Shown piece after piece: positions 14,706-23,732 of a stretch of DNA of 64,000 nt. Each line of letters begins with the position of its first letter. Positions within the stretch are counted from its first letter, which is position 1. Position numbers and translations under genes: made by a program. This DNA is from a virus (Duplodnaviria > Caudoviricetes), in the IMG/VR virus record IMGVR_UViG_3300044852_000015, positions 160,001 through 224,000 of that record, one strand, 5' to 3'. The notes under the pieces are model-generated. The model was not told the DNA's origin, did not search any database, and saw only the letters and a list, made by a program, of their open reading frames with translations.

Positions 14706-14835
14706 GGCATAAAAGCGCGGCTCGAGGGAATCTCAACCTACTCCAAGTGCCCCTCACCATTAGGTTGGTGGTGAGGCGACCTCGTTTCGCGCGGAATCCC
14801 TGCGGCTTTGCTTTTATGCTTTCTTACTGTTAAGT

Positions 14836-15220
14836 AGAACTGGCTTGTCGTACCCGTGATCGTCTTCCTCCCAAGGCCTTGGGAAGTACTGGCTCAATAG
14901 AGCACTACCTTAGATCCACACTGTTTTTGTGCTTACACCCTCGCGCTACTCCGGCCCCAAACTGAGGCTCTATCACATTGAAATGCTCGTGAACCTCTAA
15001 GCTCTATAAGGTGGCCAAGAGGTATGCTTACCCGGCCCTTTGCCGAGTGCATTACCACCGAACCACTTAAAGGTGATCTTAGAAAGGCGCAAGGCGTTTG
15101 ATTGTGGTTTGCCGGAATCTCTCCCTATGTTGGGTAACAAACTGAACACGAGCGTGTGCATCAGTCTGAAAAGAGCGAACTCTCTACCCCAACTAGAAAT
15201 CCCCAACCAAAGCCAGTTCT
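14836..15220 (-). ncRNA. Structured RNA candidate (~385 nt) downstream of the phuZ operon
   Basis: 11-bp perfect terminal pairing AGAACTGGCTT/AAGCCAGTTCT; nested GCTCGTG/CACGAGC; G-U-containing hairpins on the minus strand; no credible ORF. Confidence 0.55.
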
Positions 15221-15280
15221 TCAACTCTTCTGTCACGGTGTGCGCATTAACCGTTGGCTTCAGGCTCAAGATTATACTTT

Positions 15281-15625
15281 TCAGAAGTCCTCTATGCCAG
15301 AACACGTACCACGAACGTGCGGCTGTCGGTACTCCTCCAAGTCACTACGCAGCAACTCGGGCCTGTGGTGCGAATGCCACCGCCGTTCGACTTCTACCAC
15401 CGGGTCGTAGTCTAAGACCATCCCGGCTGTGAGCGAAGGCACAATGGCACCGCAATCCAAGTGAGTGAACATTCCGAATGGTCCGTCCCCAACGCATTGT
15501 CGGGGTTCGGTTTGACCAGCTCGGTATTCTTCTTCAGTAACCACGTCCAAGCCGTGGTCAGCTAGAAGTCTCGCTAAGCCTAGTGCGCAACCGCCGATGA
15601 TCAAGATCCGTCGTGCGGTACCCAA
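15281..15625 (-). CDS. Hypothetical protein
   Basis: 114-aa ORF with TTG start after an AAGGA RBS. Confidence 0.55.
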   Translation of the reverse strand: MGTARRILIIGGCALGLARLLADHGLDVVTEEEYRAGQTEPRQCVGDGPFGMFTHLDCGAIVPSLTAGMVLDYDPVVEVERRWHSHHRPELLRSDLEEYRQPHVRGTCSGIEDF

Positions 15626-15637
15626 TAGACATCCTTA

Positions 15638-15829
15638 TCAGCCCAGACCGATACCAGAAGGACGGTTCTCGACCTGATGTTTCGCAGGATCGTAAACTAC
15701 CTTCTCGTACAGGTTGTGCCAAGGTTTACCCAAACAGCAAGTGCATTGGAAAACGTTACCCGCTGGCTTGCTCAGGAGTTCAATGGTTCCACACCTGTCG
15801 CAAGCGTATTCCAGCAACGTACCGCTCAT
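15638..15829 (-). CDS. Small zinc-finger-like protein
   Basis: CDRC and CTCC motifs; translationally coupled to phuZ (TAATG). Confidence 0.7.
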   Translation of the reverse strand: MSGTLLEYACDRCGTIELLSKPAGNVFQCTCCLGKPWHNLYEKVVYDPAKHQVENRPSGIGLG

Positions 15830-16791
15830 TACAACACCAAGCCGTCGTCAGTAGTGGCAGTGTCGCCCACCAGATCAACAGCAGCAGCACGACCTTCACG
15901 ACGACGAATGAAGTCGTCCAGAGTCTTCTGGAGTTTCTCGTAAGTAGCATCGAGATTCTCGGTGGACACCACGAGGTGAACTTCGCTAACACCTTCGATA
16001 GCGGTCTTGAAGTAGCCGGTGCACGGATACTCTGGGATCGGTTCTTCCAGGTGCTTCTGATCACGGTCGCTGTAGAGCGAAGCGATGGTGATCGGGTCCT
16101 TGATGGCCGCAACGGCTTCAGGGCTGTAGAAGATGTCCAACATCGCCAGTTGTGCAGGCACGCTGGTCGAGTGGTTGAAACGCAGCCAGTTGGCAACGTC
16201 TTTGGTGTCCAGCTCGTCGTTCTGACGCGAAGTCAGGTAGCACAGGCTGGAGATGGCCAGGTGGAGCTGACCGTCGACTACCGAACGAGTGCACTCGCCG
16301 CCGTTGTGACGGTAGTACATGACGATCGGGGTATCGACTTGTTTGGAGATGGCTGCCAGCGACTTGATGGTGTTCAGGCTGTTCTGTGCAGTGATGGTCG
16401 ATTCCGAAGAACCCGCCAACAGTACCACAACCGAGTGACCACGGGCTGCCAGTTCTTTGGCCAACAGTGGACCAATAACCGAACCCGAACCGCCGGATGC
16501 CGAGAAGACCACGATGTTGAAGTCTTCAGGAACTTGTTGCAGAAGGATCTGCTTGACCGCTGCGGAGATCTGCGCGTGGTTCTCTTTACGCACTTTACCG
16601 GAGCCGTCGGTTTTGTCGAGGACGTAGATCGAGCTTTCGTCTTCGATGCCGGCCAGGTTGGAACGGCTGGTGTCAACGAAGCTGACCAGTGGGGTAGCGA
16701 AGCCAGGAGCTGGAGGACGACCGATGTAAGTCTTGACGATGTTCGTACCCAGACCACCACAGCCGTACAGACGCACTTTACCTTGTTCCAT
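15829..16791 (-). CDS. phuZ: Phage tubulin PhuZ
   Basis: GCGGLGTNI, GSGKVR, SASGGSGSVIGP tubulin signature, LDTKD T7 loop, acidic C-terminal tail DDGLVL. Confidence 0.95.
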   Translation of the reverse strand: MEQGKVRLYGCGGLGTNIVKTYIGRPPAPGFATPLVSFVDTSRSNLAGIEDESSIYVLDKTDGSGKVRKENHAQISAAVKQILLQQVPEDFNIVVFSASGGSGSVIGPLLAKELAARGHSVVVLLAGSSESTITAQNSLNTIKSLAAISKQVDTPIVMYYRHNGGECTRSVVDGQLHLAISSLCYLTSRQNDELDTKDVANWLRFNHSTSVPAQLAMLDIFYSPEAVAAIKDPITIASLYSDRDQKHLEEPIPEYPCTGYFKTAIEGVSEVHLVVSTENLDATYEKLQKTLDDFIRRREGRAAAVDLVGDTATTDDGLVL

Positions 16792-16854
16792 GTTTTCAAC
16801 TTCCTAGCTTTTAAGATTAGACGAGTAGTCCAATGGAGTTCCCAGACTTAGGGG

Positions 16855-17184
16855 TTACTCAGCTTTTAGTTTGCGGATCAACTTAACCAGTTCGGAGTGG
16901 CAGTGTGTGAGCGTGTACGAATTACTGTCCAGTCGCCGGTACAGAGAATCGAAGGTAGCCTCTTCAGGTTCCCAACACTCCTCCAACCCGTGACACGAAC
17001 AATGTGACCCGTTCACTTCCCATAACTTACCGTCTCTGCGAAACAAGACAAACGCGGAACCATCGTAGTCCTCGTACACGTACGAAGCCAACAATATCTC
17101 TACGCCTACCAAGTCTGCGTCACTGAGGTTAAAATCGTTCTTCAAACCTTCAAACTGCGATGTTGCCCAGTCGTGCATATACAT
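16855..17184 (-). CDS. Hypothetical phage protein
   Basis: 109-aa ORF with EVNGSHCSCHGLE motif. Confidence 0.75.
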   Translation of the reverse strand: MYMHDWATSQFEGLKNDFNLSDADLVGVEILLASYVYEDYDGSAFVLFRRDGKLWEVNGSHCSCHGLEECWEPEEATFDSLYRRLDSNSYTLTHCHSELVKLIRKLKAE

Positions 17185-17290
17185 TTAACTAATCTCTACT
17201 AAGCTTCGATGCTTCGAGGCTTTTCTCGTCAAGTGAGAATGTAGGGGTGATCGGTTAAATCTGGGAACTCGATTGAACGAGAGCGCATTA

Positions 17291-17330
17291 CTCTCAATAG
17301 ATACTTCCTCTGTATCTTTTTTTACAGACG
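17291..17330 (-). promoter_or_regulatory. Candidate middle promoter of the phuZ operon
   Basis: AAAAAAAGATAC box followed by ATCTATTGAGAG. Confidence 0.45.
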
Positions 17331-17392
17331 TACCGCCTATGGTGCGTTATTGAATGACCGCAGGGTCTTCTTTATCAACCCGGAGGTGCTAA

Positions 17393-18208
17393 GTGAATCC
17401 AATTCAGAAAGCAATCTCGGACGTGAAAGCGGCGATCCCTCGGGAGATCCTCGAACGAACGTTCATGAAACCTGATAACGTAGCTCTAGGGCAACGTCAG
17501 AGTTTCACCCCAACCTCCTTGGACTTCCGTATTCGTACGGCGGTCATTGAAGGTAACGTACTCCCCGACTGTAACTTGGTGGGTGGTACCGAAGTAACGA
17601 TCCCTCTGGTAGAAGTTCTACCGCAGTGGATCACTGACTACAACGTGTTGTACCGTATCCCGAAACACCTGACTCAGAACCGCAGTATCTTGCGACTGAT
17701 TCACATGACCTTCGGTGACGGTGGTGTGGTCGGTAGTATGAACCTCGCGCAACAAGGTCGTTCTCCGATGCTAGACGGGGCTCAAGGGGTGCTCCAAGCT
17801 CACCTCCCGATTCCAATCGTCTCGACAGCGAACATGGAGATCGTGGGTGAAAACGTAGTGTTGGTGAAAGACAACGTCACGATGCCGGGTAACCCGTATC
17901 TACGTTGTGTGATTGAGGGCGACACTGAACTCAACCACTTGCAACCTACCTCCTACCGTCACTTCAGCCGACTGGTGATCTTGGCGACCAAGCAATATAT
18001 CTTCAACAACATGGCGGTTGCTACTGACCAAGCGGCGTTGTCGGGCGGTATGGCGTTGGGTCGTATTCGTGAAATCATTGACGGCTACTCAGATGCCTAC
18101 GAACAGTACGAGGAATACTTCGAGACTGTCTGGAGAAAAGTGGCATTGTTCAATGATCCAGAAGCCAACAAGCGTCACTTAAAGTACATTACTGGGGGTC
18201 GCTGGTAA
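17393..18208 (+). CDS. Conserved phiKZ-like (probably virion) protein
   Basis: 271-aa ORF with GGAGG RBS and GTG start. Confidence 0.75.
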   Translation: MNPIQKAISDVKAAIPREILERTFMKPDNVALGQRQSFTPTSLDFRIRTAVIEGNVLPDCNLVGGTEVTIPLVEVLPQWITDYNVLYRIPKHLTQNRSILRLIHMTFGDGGVVGSMNLAQQGRSPMLDGAQGVLQAHLPIPIVSTANMEIVGENVVLVKDNVTMPGNPYLRCVIEGDTELNHLQPTSYRHFSRLVILATKQYIFNNMAVATDQAALSGGMALGRIREIIDGYSDAYEQYEEYFETVWRKVALFNDPEANKRHLKYITGGRW

Positions 18209-18960
18209 TGACCTACCAAGAAGGTAAGTACAGTACGTTCACCCACAACGGTAAGGAGTACCCTCTCGACCCGTTTCTGAAGCGTGCTGAGAAGCTCCAC
18301 GCTAAGTCAGTTTCTATGGCGAAGCTGGAGTGGAACGTACAAACAGCACAGCCTGATCCGAAACGGGTGGCCACTGCTGACATCAATTACCCAATCCTCT
18401 ACACGATTGACCCTAAGTGGGGATACGTCGTAGTGGATGGTCTGCACCGTTTGACCAAAGCTTACCAAATGGGCAAGCGGTCGATCATGGGTAAAGAAAT
18501 ACCTCAAGAGTGGTTTGACGAGATAGGTACCGTTTCAATGGAAGACTCAAGCAATCCATCCTACACCGTTGGTCAGGTAACCCGTGAGCAAGCGTTCGAG
18601 TGGTTGGCACAAAGCCGCCAGCAACGCCCAGAGCCGCTTCTACAGGACTCCTATAGCCCAGGTGGCACTGGGGTAGACCGTGTGTACGCCTTCGCTTACA
18701 ACGGAGACGAAATCGTAGGTTACGCTAGCCTGTTGAATGGTCAGCGTTACTTGATCGACATGTACGTCCCTGAGTCACTACGTGGTAAAGGGATTGGTCG
18801 ACAACTGATTGACTCACTGTTGGTAGATCTGGTGGTAGTCCGTAAAGATCAGGAAGACATCATTGCTTTCCTGAAGGCTGTAGGCTTCTCGCTGGAGAAC
18901 GACTTTGTTAACACCAGAGTCTATCGGAAGTATCACGGGGCTAAAGTCCACGCTTACTGA
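18208..18960 (+). CDS. ParB/Srx-like domain fused to a GNAT acetyltransferase
   Basis: YPIL...VVVDGLHRLTKA at the N-terminus; MYVPESLRGKGIGRQLI acetyl-CoA motif at the C-terminus. Confidence 0.75.
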   Translation: MTYQEGKYSTFTHNGKEYPLDPFLKRAEKLHAKSVSMAKLEWNVQTAQPDPKRVATADINYPILYTIDPKWGYVVVDGLHRLTKAYQMGKRSIMGKEIPQEWFDEIGTVSMEDSSNPSYTVGQVTREQAFEWLAQSRQQRPEPLLQDSYSPGGTGVDRVYAFAYNGDEIVGYASLLNGQRYLIDMYVPESLRGKGIGRQLIDSLLVDLVVVRKDQEDIIAFLKAVGFSLENDFVNTRVYRKYHGAKVHAY

Positions 18961-19000
18961 CGGCATAGAGAGAGGCGGTGAGCCTCTCTCTTTTATGCGC
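18961..19000. terminator. Bidirectional CGGCATA...TATGC terminator
   Basis: AGAGAGAGGC-GGTGA-GCCTCTCTCT between convergent genes. Confidence 0.85.
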
Positions 19001-19423
19001 TTAGTAGCGCTTATTCCACGAGTAGCTCGGTTCATCCTTCAGCTTGATGACCTCGTACCCCGGAGCAGCAAAGGTAAAGTATCCCACACTTGTGGTCATT
19101 ACGATGGCACTGCGGTCACGAAGGTTGATCGACCATGCTACTTTGCGGACAGTGTCCTCGAAGTTTACTTCAAGTGCTTGGTAGTGCTTACGAGCGTACT
19201 CCATAAGCGCACCAGTGAGCCGGAGCTTGACGTTGTCCAGCAGACTGACCTTCTCTAGGTCCCGAGTCTCACATCGTCCTATACGACCTGTCAGAGCTTC
19301 GATGTGTTTTTGGAACTCTAGCTTGTGTAACATCAGCTCAGAAGCGGTGTACTCTTTATATTCAGACATTCTACGGTCTTCTTCGATTATGAAGGTTAAG
19401 TGATAGTGGCCTTTCATAATCAT
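19001..19423 (-). CDS. Hypothetical protein (start may be 19369)
   Basis: ORF ends at the terminator. Confidence 0.65.
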   Translation of the reverse strand: MIMKGHYHLTFIIEEDRRMSEYKEYTASELMLHKLEFQKHIEALTGRIGRCETRDLEKVSLLDNVKLRLTGALMEYARKHYQALEVNFEDTVRKVAWSINLRDRSAIVMTTSVGYFTFAAPGYEVIKLKDEPSYSWNKRY

Positions 19424-19763
19424 GATGTACTATCTATATTTATTTAAGGAAAATTCGGAATTTTTTATTTTTGCTCTTAAAGCTCTTCGTGGTAGTGGTT
19501 GACATGGAGGCTTGGTCGTACTCGCGTACTAGCCTCCTGTACTCTACCGGTGTAGCGTAAACTCCCTGCGGGAGAAAAAGGCTAGGATAGACTATGGAGT
19601 AGGCTATGCTAACGCAGCCACTCAATAAACAATATTGTTAAAGCTTCGCTTTGTTGTTTATCAATCCCCCCAAACCCCCCTTTACCATCGAAAAAACTTG
19701 TTACTACAAAACATATAACAACCGAACTATTCTTTTACACAAGCAGGGGCTAAACCCCTGCGT

Positions 19764-20168
19764 TTACGTGTAGAAGTAGTCAGTGGTGTCAACATCGAGG
19801 AATGTCACAGTCACTTGGAACAACAACGACTTGAAGTCCTGAGGTGCTACAGAGAACAACTCCCCGTCCACCACAACGTAGTAACTGTCGTAGAACAACC
19901 GACGAAGTTGTGTACAGATCTCACTGCGAGCGAGGAACACATTAGGACGAACCTTAATGTCATCCTTCATACACACTCGTTTCAGGTGATCGTAGATATA
20001 CAAGTGGATATTCTTACGACCTACCGCAGTATCAACCCCCACTTCCCGCAAAGCCACGAATCCATCCACTGTGCCTTCTAGGAAGCTCTCTAACGAACGT
20101 TGTGTCCGATTGAGTACCAAACCTAAGGACTCAGCTAGCACAGCTCCTGTGTCTCTACAATCACTCAT
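19764..20168 (-). CDS. Hypothetical protein
   Basis: Start reassigned to MSDCRD after a GGGGG RBS. Confidence 0.6.
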   Translation of the reverse strand: MSDCRDTGAVLAESLGLVLNRTQRSLESFLEGTVDGFVALREVGVDTAVGRKNIHLYIYDHLKRVCMKDDIKVRPNVFLARSEICTQLRRLFYDSYYVVVDGELFSVAPQDFKSLLFQVTVTFLDVDTTDYFYT

Positions 20169-20218
20169 CTGAAACCCCCAGCATAATGAGGCCACCGGGA
20201 GGGCAGCCTCAGAATGAT

Positions 20219-20707
20219 TTACACCGCACACGCAATGTAGAGCGCAGCGTCTTCCATGGTTGCCACTACCACAGCACCGGAGTCGGTCAACTGGGTGTGT
20301 AACTTGGAACGATCAGGACGACCCTCAGGTAACACTACCAACGTGTCCTCAGGGCTAGCCATAGCCGCAGCCGCCAGTTCTTCGTAACCGGAGAAGCCAG
20401 TCTGTTCTTCTGGCAACACAAACACCTTGGTAGCCGCACTGAGCTGACTCAGGACATCGGCAACAGCCGCTTCCTGTAGCTGTACAGTTTCCAAGGAAGG
20501 TTGAGCACCAGCGCTAACGTTCCAGACTTTAACTTCTTTGTGGCACTCCATGAGCACCGCTTCCCATTCGCCGGACTGGACGCCACCATAAATGATAACG
20601 TTACGTTCGTTCTTGATCCCGTCAACGTCTGCCAACTCGTCATTAGGAGTGGCAACGTGATCTGGACCTTCGCCTGCATCTTCGTCGAAGTAATCACTGA
20701 GAGACAT
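20219..20707 (-). CDS. Acidic hypothetical protein
   Basis: AAGGAG RBS before MSLSDY. Confidence 0.7.
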   Translation of the reverse strand: MSLSDYFDEDAGEGPDHVATPNDELADVDGIKNERNVIIYGGVQSGEWEAVLMECHKEVKVWNVSAGAQPSLETVQLQEAAVADVLSQLSAATKVFVLPEEQTGFSGYEELAAAAMASPEDTLVVLPEGRPDRSKLHTQLTDSGAVVVATMEDAALYIACAV

Positions 20708-20750
20708 CTTTAACTCCTTAAGTACAGTTGGTCTCATAACCTATATCGGA

Positions 20751-20785
20751 ACAAAAAAAGAAAGGGAGTACAAACCCCCTTTTCC
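20751..20785 (-). terminator. Long-U terminator
   Basis: AAAGGG/CCCTTT hairpin then CTTTTTTTGT. Confidence 0.7.
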
Positions 20786-20798
20786 TTTTGGCACCACC

Positions 20799-21401
20799 TT
20801 ACACCTTCTGGCGTAAGGCAGCTTTCCCACGCACCACTTGAATGAAACCCCCATCGAGGGTTACAGACATGTGGGCTTCTTCACAACGTTTGACGTTCTC
20901 AGCATTGAGTGTGCCGTCTTGGTTGATCAGGCAACGGTGAATACGTTCACCCAGTAGCCGCAGCTCCTTGAGTGTAGGTTGTGCTTCTTTCGGGTAACCT
21001 TCGAGCAAGTACACATGCTCGTAGAATATACCGAAGTGGCGAATCAAATCGCCCACGGGGTCTTCCACTTTCGACTTGTGGTCTGGCATGGTCGGGGTTC
21101 CTACATGTGCCCAGCGGTCCTTCAGTTCTTGCATCGCAGCCTTGGCATTGTCAGGCCCTAGGAAAGCAACCATCGCACGAGCCATTCCGTTCGCAACACT
21201 TTCTTCAGTGAAGGTCACGTCTGGGTTTTCTTCCAGGTATTGCTCGAGGAAGGTTTTAGGCTGTTCATAGGTATCTGACATCATGACACCCCGTACCGGT
21301 TCTTCACCGGTGTAGTTGGGAATTACGGACAGACCGCAGTCCATGATGCTGCTGAAGTCGCAGGTGGTTCCGTCTTCTAAGACTTGGGTATGATTATTCA
21401 T
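20799..21401 (-). CDS. Hypothetical early protein
   Basis: 200-aa ORF with GGAG RBS. Confidence 0.7.
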   Translation of the reverse strand: MNNHTQVLEDGTTCDFSSIMDCGLSVIPNYTGEEPVRGVMMSDTYEQPKTFLEQYLEENPDVTFTEESVANGMARAMVAFLGPDNAKAAMQELKDRWAHVGTPTMPDHKSKVEDPVGDLIRHFGIFYEHVYLLEGYPKEAQPTLKELRLLGERIHRCLINQDGTLNAENVKRCEEAHMSVTLDGGFIQVVRGKAALRQKV

Positions 21402-21475
21402 GCGGTGTTGCTCCAGTAAAAAAAGAAAACCACGAGAGCCCCGAAGGACTCCCGTAGCTAGAAGAACCAGTCCAG

Positions 21476-22108
21476 TTAGATGGATGATTCTTGGTTGTTG
21501 GCCAACTCGTTCATCGCCCGGTTCACGATGTCGTCAGCACTTTCTGCTACCGGCGCCGTTGGGGTTGCTACCCCTTGAGCCACATCGGAGGTTGGTGTGG
21601 CGATTTGCATCAAGGCCTGACGCAGTTCATCGGTCAGCTCAGCACCCAGCGTACCGGGCTCAGCGCTACCATGGATCACGTTCAGGAGGTCCTTGTTCAC
21701 CGGTTCCGCTTTGGTGTGGCCGGTGAGTTCATCGACGTGGTCCCAAACCCGTTGAGTGAAGCCAGGGTCTTTCAGCTCGTGTTGTTCACACAGGCCAGCG
21801 ATCTTGGCGATCTCACGGTCAACTACGTCCAGTGCGACTTTGTCGTGGTCACGCTCAGCCTTTTCATGGGCCGAGTGCAGAGCCACGATTTCAGCCACGA
21901 TGCGATCTTTCGGCCAGTTCTTCAGCATCACTTCCATGACAGGGCCTGGCTGGCTGCGTGGAACAACTGCCTGACGCCGGATTTCTACTGGAACTTTCGA
22001 AGGGCGTACTTTAGGAACATTGGCCGTGGCAAAGATCGCACTGCACATAGCGCTACAGTGATCCAACATGTCGCCAACAAGGTTCGAGGTGCGTGGGATT
22101 ACGTTCAT
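21476..22108 (-). CDS. Hypothetical early protein
   Basis: 210-aa ORF with AAGGAG RBS. Confidence 0.75.
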   Translation of the reverse strand: MNVIPRTSNLVGDMLDHCSAMCSAIFATANVPKVRPSKVPVEIRRQAVVPRSQPGPVMEVMLKNWPKDRIVAEIVALHSAHEKAERDHDKVALDVVDREIAKIAGLCEQHELKDPGFTQRVWDHVDELTGHTKAEPVNKDLLNVIHGSAEPGTLGAELTDELRQALMQIATPTSDVAQGVATPTAPVAESADDIVNRAMNELANNQESSI

Positions 22109-22179
22109 GGTGTCTCTCCTTAGAGAAGAAGGTTAGTAGGTAGAGCCAACACTATTGTCAGCTCTACTATTGAGGGGTA

Positions 22180-23172
22180 TTACAGACCGTCGACGCGAAC
22201 CAGATCCCACAGGGTGTTCTTATCGAAGTCAGAGTAGTCTGCGATACGATCAACCATGTCGTCTTCTTTGTTCATGACGTTACCGCCAACCGAGCAGGTG
22301 CTCAGCTCTGGTTTACCGTCTTGCAGTTCAACTGGGTTCAGGCAGAACAGTTTACCTTCCATCAGCGCCACAACATGTTCGCGCTGACCAGGTTGGCCGA
22401 AGATTGCAACGTGCGACAGTTGGGTATATTCCCGACCGTTGTTGTGGTTATCTTTCACAAAGCCGTTGGCGGCCACTACAGCTTCCACGATCGCAGCATT
22501 GCGAGCGCGGATCTTTTCAATCAATGGGTTCATCTCTTTTTCTTCCTTCTGAGGAATGGTAGGTTCGGTAAGCGAGATCATGTCAGCGATGAAGTCTTCT
22601 CGCTTGATCAGTTGACCCAGGGTTGGGTAGCTCCACTCGGTAACAACCGACTGGTAGTTCAGGCTGAACACCGCGTACATGTCATTGTGGCGAACCAACA
22701 CATGTGTGGAATCATCCTTGTGCAGGAACGCTTTGTAAGCATCACCAGGAATCTTGTCCAGCAGGATTGCTTCGACAACAGCGTCAACCACAGCTTGGTT
22801 GATTGTAGCAACAGGTTTAGCGACTTCCATTTCAGCCTCCAGTGTTTCGAAAGGGATTACACCGATGATCTTGCCACCGAAAGAATCCCAGTAGGCAGCA
22901 GCGGCTTCTTCGATGTATGCGTGCTTGTGACCATCAACGTGACCAGCGAAGTGTGGGCTGGCTACACGATAGCCACCTTCTTCACGAACCTTGATTTCAC
23001 GCAGCGGTGCTTCTTTACCATCTTCCAGGTAAACCAGAGTCAGGTGACCATCGGCAGCTTTGTAGATGCCCATGAAACCTTTGGTGATCAGCTCACCTGC
23101 GAAGTACACACCGTTGTTCTTGATGAACTGGGTGGCAACGCGTACAGCAACAACGGAGTTAGTGTTAGTCAT
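22180..23172 (-). CDS. Hypothetical early protein
   Basis: 330-aa ORF with AAGGA RBS directly after an early promoter. Confidence 0.8.
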   Translation of the reverse strand: MTNTNSVVAVRVATQFIKNNGVYFAGELITKGFMGIYKAADGHLTLVYLEDGKEAPLREIKVREEGGYRVASPHFAGHVDGHKHAYIEEAAAAYWDSFGGKIIGVIPFETLEAEMEVAKPVATINQAVVDAVVEAILLDKIPGDAYKAFLHKDDSTHVLVRHNDMYAVFSLNYQSVVTEWSYPTLGQLIKREDFIADMISLTEPTIPQKEEKEMNPLIEKIRARNAAIVEAVVAANGFVKDNHNNGREYTQLSHVAIFGQPGQREHVVALMEGKLFCLNPVELQDGKPELSTCSVGGNVMNKEDDMVDRIADYSDFDKNTLWDLVRVDGL

Positions 23173-23222
23173 GATGCTTTTCCTTCTGAGGATTAGAGGT
23201 TAGTGAACAAGATTTTCTATCC

Positions 23223-23257
23223 TATTCACCAAGGTAATATGTATCTGAGATTTTTTT
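23223..23257 (-). promoter_or_regulatory. Early promoter (CATATTAC variant)
   Basis: AAAAAATCTCAGATACATATTACCTTGGTGAATA. Confidence 0.75.
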
Positions 23258-23260
23258 AAT

Positions 23261-23620
23261 TCAAACTTTAGGATCGTAGTACAAATCCAACACGACCTTG
23301 ACTTGGCTGTTCACGCAACCGCACTTCATGGCGCTGTAGAACCCAGGGTCAATGTAGGACCCCTCTTTTACCAGATTGCGTAACAGGAGACGACGTAGGG
23401 CATACACTCCTGTTAACGCAGTACAACCGAGCTGTAGGGCCAGATTGTATTTTCGTTCAAGGTCTTCTACTTCTAACAACACTTTAACGGCGACGGGATC
23501 AACGTAACCACGGGCGAGCGTCCGTAATAGCCCGAGTCGGATCTGCACCTCTTCGTCTGCGTCGGCGTTAACTGCAAGTGAATTAAATAACTGTCGAGTC
23601 TTTTCCTTTTGCGCGACCAT
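23261..23620 (-). CDS. Hypothetical early protein
   Basis: Start reassigned to MVAQKEK (GGGG RBS) downstream of the promoter at 23663. Confidence 0.6.
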   Translation of the reverse strand: MVAQKEKTRQLFNSLAVNADADEEVQIRLGLLRTLARGYVDPVAVKVLLEVEDLERKYNLALQLGCTALTGVYALRRLLLRNLVKEGSYIDPGFYSAMKCGCVNSQVKVVLDLYYDPKV

Positions 23621-23651
23621 GTCAAACCCCACTAAGAGTGAAGAAGTTATT

Positions 23652-23686
23652 CTTGCACTTAGGTAATATAGGTTCGAAATAATTTT
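23652..23686 (-). promoter_or_regulatory. Early promoter (TATATTAC)
   Basis: AAAATTATTTCGAACCTATATTACCTAAGTGCAAG. Confidence 0.8.
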
Positions 23687-23732
23687 TAATGAGCGGTATT
23701 TTGTGACTACAGTTACTCCTGAGGCGTCCCAC

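Noticed and set aside
14836-15220. tmRNA, RNase P RNA or retron msr-msd
   Set aside because: There are no Ala-type acceptor/T-arm ends, no GAGGAAAGTCC P4 signature and no reverse transcriptase in the window.
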